A stretch of DNA of 64,000 nucleotides from NCBI GenBank assembly GCA_025558095.1, contig JAIVFI010000002.1:744001-808000 (forward strand). The letters are read 5' to 3'. Both the position numbers and the translations under genes were made by a program. Every line of letters begins with the position of its first letter. Within the stretch, counting starts at the first letter, position 1. This document shows positions 61,901-64,000 of this stretch, piece by piece. The notes beneath the pieces were generated by a model. The model worked only from the letters and a program-made list of their open reading frames with translations, was not told where the DNA came from and ran no database searches. Source of the stretch: Hyaloraphidium curvatum SAG 235-1. Its lineage: Eukaryota > Fungi > Monoblepharomycota.

Positions 61901-64000
61901 TCGGAGCGTCCTTCCCCTTCATCTTTTTCAGCCGGCGTCTTCTGCACACCATTCTCGAGATCCTGCTGTCGCTCTCTTCTGGGGCACCGCCATCTTTCGA
62001 AACCAGACAGGTGCGACGTATTGCAGCCCCGTGTCGCAGCTGTTGTTTAGTGGTGCACCGCCCACACAGGTCCTGAAGGAACTGACCTTGTACTTGGATA
62101 CCCCCGACCGAAGGAGTCATAGGGATGAGATCCGAAACGCGTATCGGCTGTTTACTCAGCAGTGGCTCGTCGAATCGTACAAGTTCGCACCCGAGCTGAC
62201 GGCCGGTGCGGTGCAGGTGGGCTCTTTCTGTCGCCTGAAACTTCCGTCCACTAACAGCCGTTCCTGCACGAAGAACTTCGCCATGGGGGTCGCTTTAGCG
62301 TCGGACGAAAAGGGTGGCACCGGCCCTGGTTCGGTGTCAGCGTTAATGACCGGACTTGGCCTAAACGGTACGTTTCTTTCGAGCATTCGTGTTGCGTCGT
62401 AGCCGACGCCCGGAACAGAACCTGCTGCAATGCGGAACGAGACCCTCGCGAAAGTAACCTACCGTTTGGGAGAAGTTTTGTCCGATCGAAAGAGGGCTCG
62501 GGAACAAGGTATTCATCCTCTCCCGCCCTCATTATGCTGCTCATCATCGGGACCCTGCTGAAGATTGGCGCGATGTGTCCCGAGACTTGGATGGCTCTTA
62601 CACGGCCAACGGGACTTTCCTTTCCTCAGCTGATGCGGCACCTTGGGTCATGGAACGAGCAGCCTGCCTGCTTATTGCGTCTCGAAAGGTGGGTGCTGTG
62701 CCTGTCCCGTGCAAGCAGTGCCTCAACGGTGCTGCCCAGCACGATTTGCATCTTCTGCGCGCCGTGGCTTGGATCCCTCTTCGAACCTTTAGCGCTTCGA
62801 GCTTGTCGTCGGCCTCCCTTTTCTGGAATAGCCTGATTGCTGCGCGTCCAGAGCTGGAGTCGGCGCTTCTTGCGGAGTTCGCCAAAGCTTGGGAGGCTCT
62901 GCGTCGGAATAAGGCGGGGCCTTTCGGCTCCGCTTGGAGGTGTGTTCGCATCATGCGTGGGGAAAGCTGGACTGACGGCTTGGGAGCAGCGCGAGCAAGC
63001 CTACCATGTCGCCGATGATGTTCACCCCCTCAAGGAGCACTCCGAGGCGGTCGACGAGCGGCGACTCGCCCGGCGTCATATGGTTGCGTTTTCTTTCCAG
63101 CAGATTGCATGCCTCTATATGGGAGAACTCGTCCTTGCAAGGGTGGTATCAGAAGCTCATCCAAATGGGACTCGAGAGCTTTGCGGAAGAAAGGTGGGGC
63201 TTTGACGTTTGTGGAGGCGTTGGGGGATGCACGGAGTCATCACCATCGGGACTCGTGCAGGATCCACCACATTGACAAAAGGGCTCTTTCGTTGGTGCTT
63301 CAGTCGGCCACACTTCTGTTGGAGGCGCACGCGCGCTCTCAACGGCGCTGGAGCGTTTCTGCTACAGCGTTGGAACAGTACCTGTGGGAGGGAGTTTTGG
63401 CCTGGTTGTGTCGAATGTCGGGGTTCGTACACGGCCCGTTCTCTCCCCGGCATTCGCTGAACTAGTTTGCAGGGGAATCGATTACTTCCAGCCGGACCTG
63501 GAAATCGAGGCTGCAGATTTCGTGGCCTTGATGCAACCTTTCATCAATTTCCAATCTTCGGACGCCATTAAGCAGCCACTGGAGGTGCGGCCATTGAGGC
63601 CCATGGCACAGAAGCAAAGCAGGTTGATGAACCTGGTCTTTGACCCGATAGGTGTGGTTGTTCGTGACGGCCGCGCTCGGCAGGTGGTGACTCTCGGTGC
63701 AGGGTCCTCCAAGCGGAGCGATCTCTTGACTCTTGTTTCCCAACTTGCCTTGGACGAAGTGGAACGGTTGGGAGCGTGGATCGACCCCCTTAGGCAGCGC
63801 AAAGCCCCAACGATTGCAGGGTTGCAGGCAAGTCGTCCACTTCACGGCGTACCGGGAGGTCGAGCTTAGCATTCTTTCAAGGTCTCGGAAGCTTCTCCCG
63901 ACTTGCTCGATGTGTGCTGGACGGTCGGACCGCAAGCTGTCTTGGAAGTGCTTTCACGCTTTCGCACCACAGCTGGCCAGTTTGCGGGCGCGATCCTGGG
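58928..64000 (+). CDS. STT4: Phosphatidylinositol 4-kinase Stt4/PI4KA, N-terminal solenoid (runs off the window)
   Basis: LFRDFWL, SPPLV..LETDL..NSVLR, VESMR, HDLHLLRAVAWIP..F..WNSLI.ARPELE; kinase domain not in the window. Confidence 0.8.

Overview
Eukaryotic genomic DNA: GC-rich, very gene-dense, with many short (~45-70 bp) spliceosomal introns. About 35 protein-coding genes are packed with tiny intergenic gaps. Fungal-type Tbf1, PRE4 and His4-like N-termini, together with retained CFIm25, PRKRIP1, SAP30BP, a tetraspanin, an EED-like WD40 protein and a partial beta-adaptin ear, suggest an early-diverging fungus (inference). Most ORFs in the supplied track are exon fragments or GC-rich shadow frames. 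Gene coordinates below are manually spliced spans (first ATG to stop) and are approximate at the termini. Most notable: (1) a glutamyl-tRNA synthetase fused in-frame to a complete Arc1p/EMAP-II-type tRNA-binding domain; (2) a hidden multi-exon pseudo-kinesin whose motor-like domain lacks P-loop, switch I and switch II; (3) an 806-bp non-autonomous TIR transposon (131-bp TIRs, 8-bp TSD, 21-bp-period internal arrays) splitting the shared promoter of PRE4 and TFIIB; (4) a His4-type HisI-HisE gene with no histidinol dehydrogenase domain; (5) an EED-like WD40 lacking the methyl-lysine aromatic cage; (6) a recurrent GTGGGT/GTGCGT splice-donor bias. No rRNA, tRNA or CRISPR array was seen. No database searches were run; family calls rest on recognised motifs.
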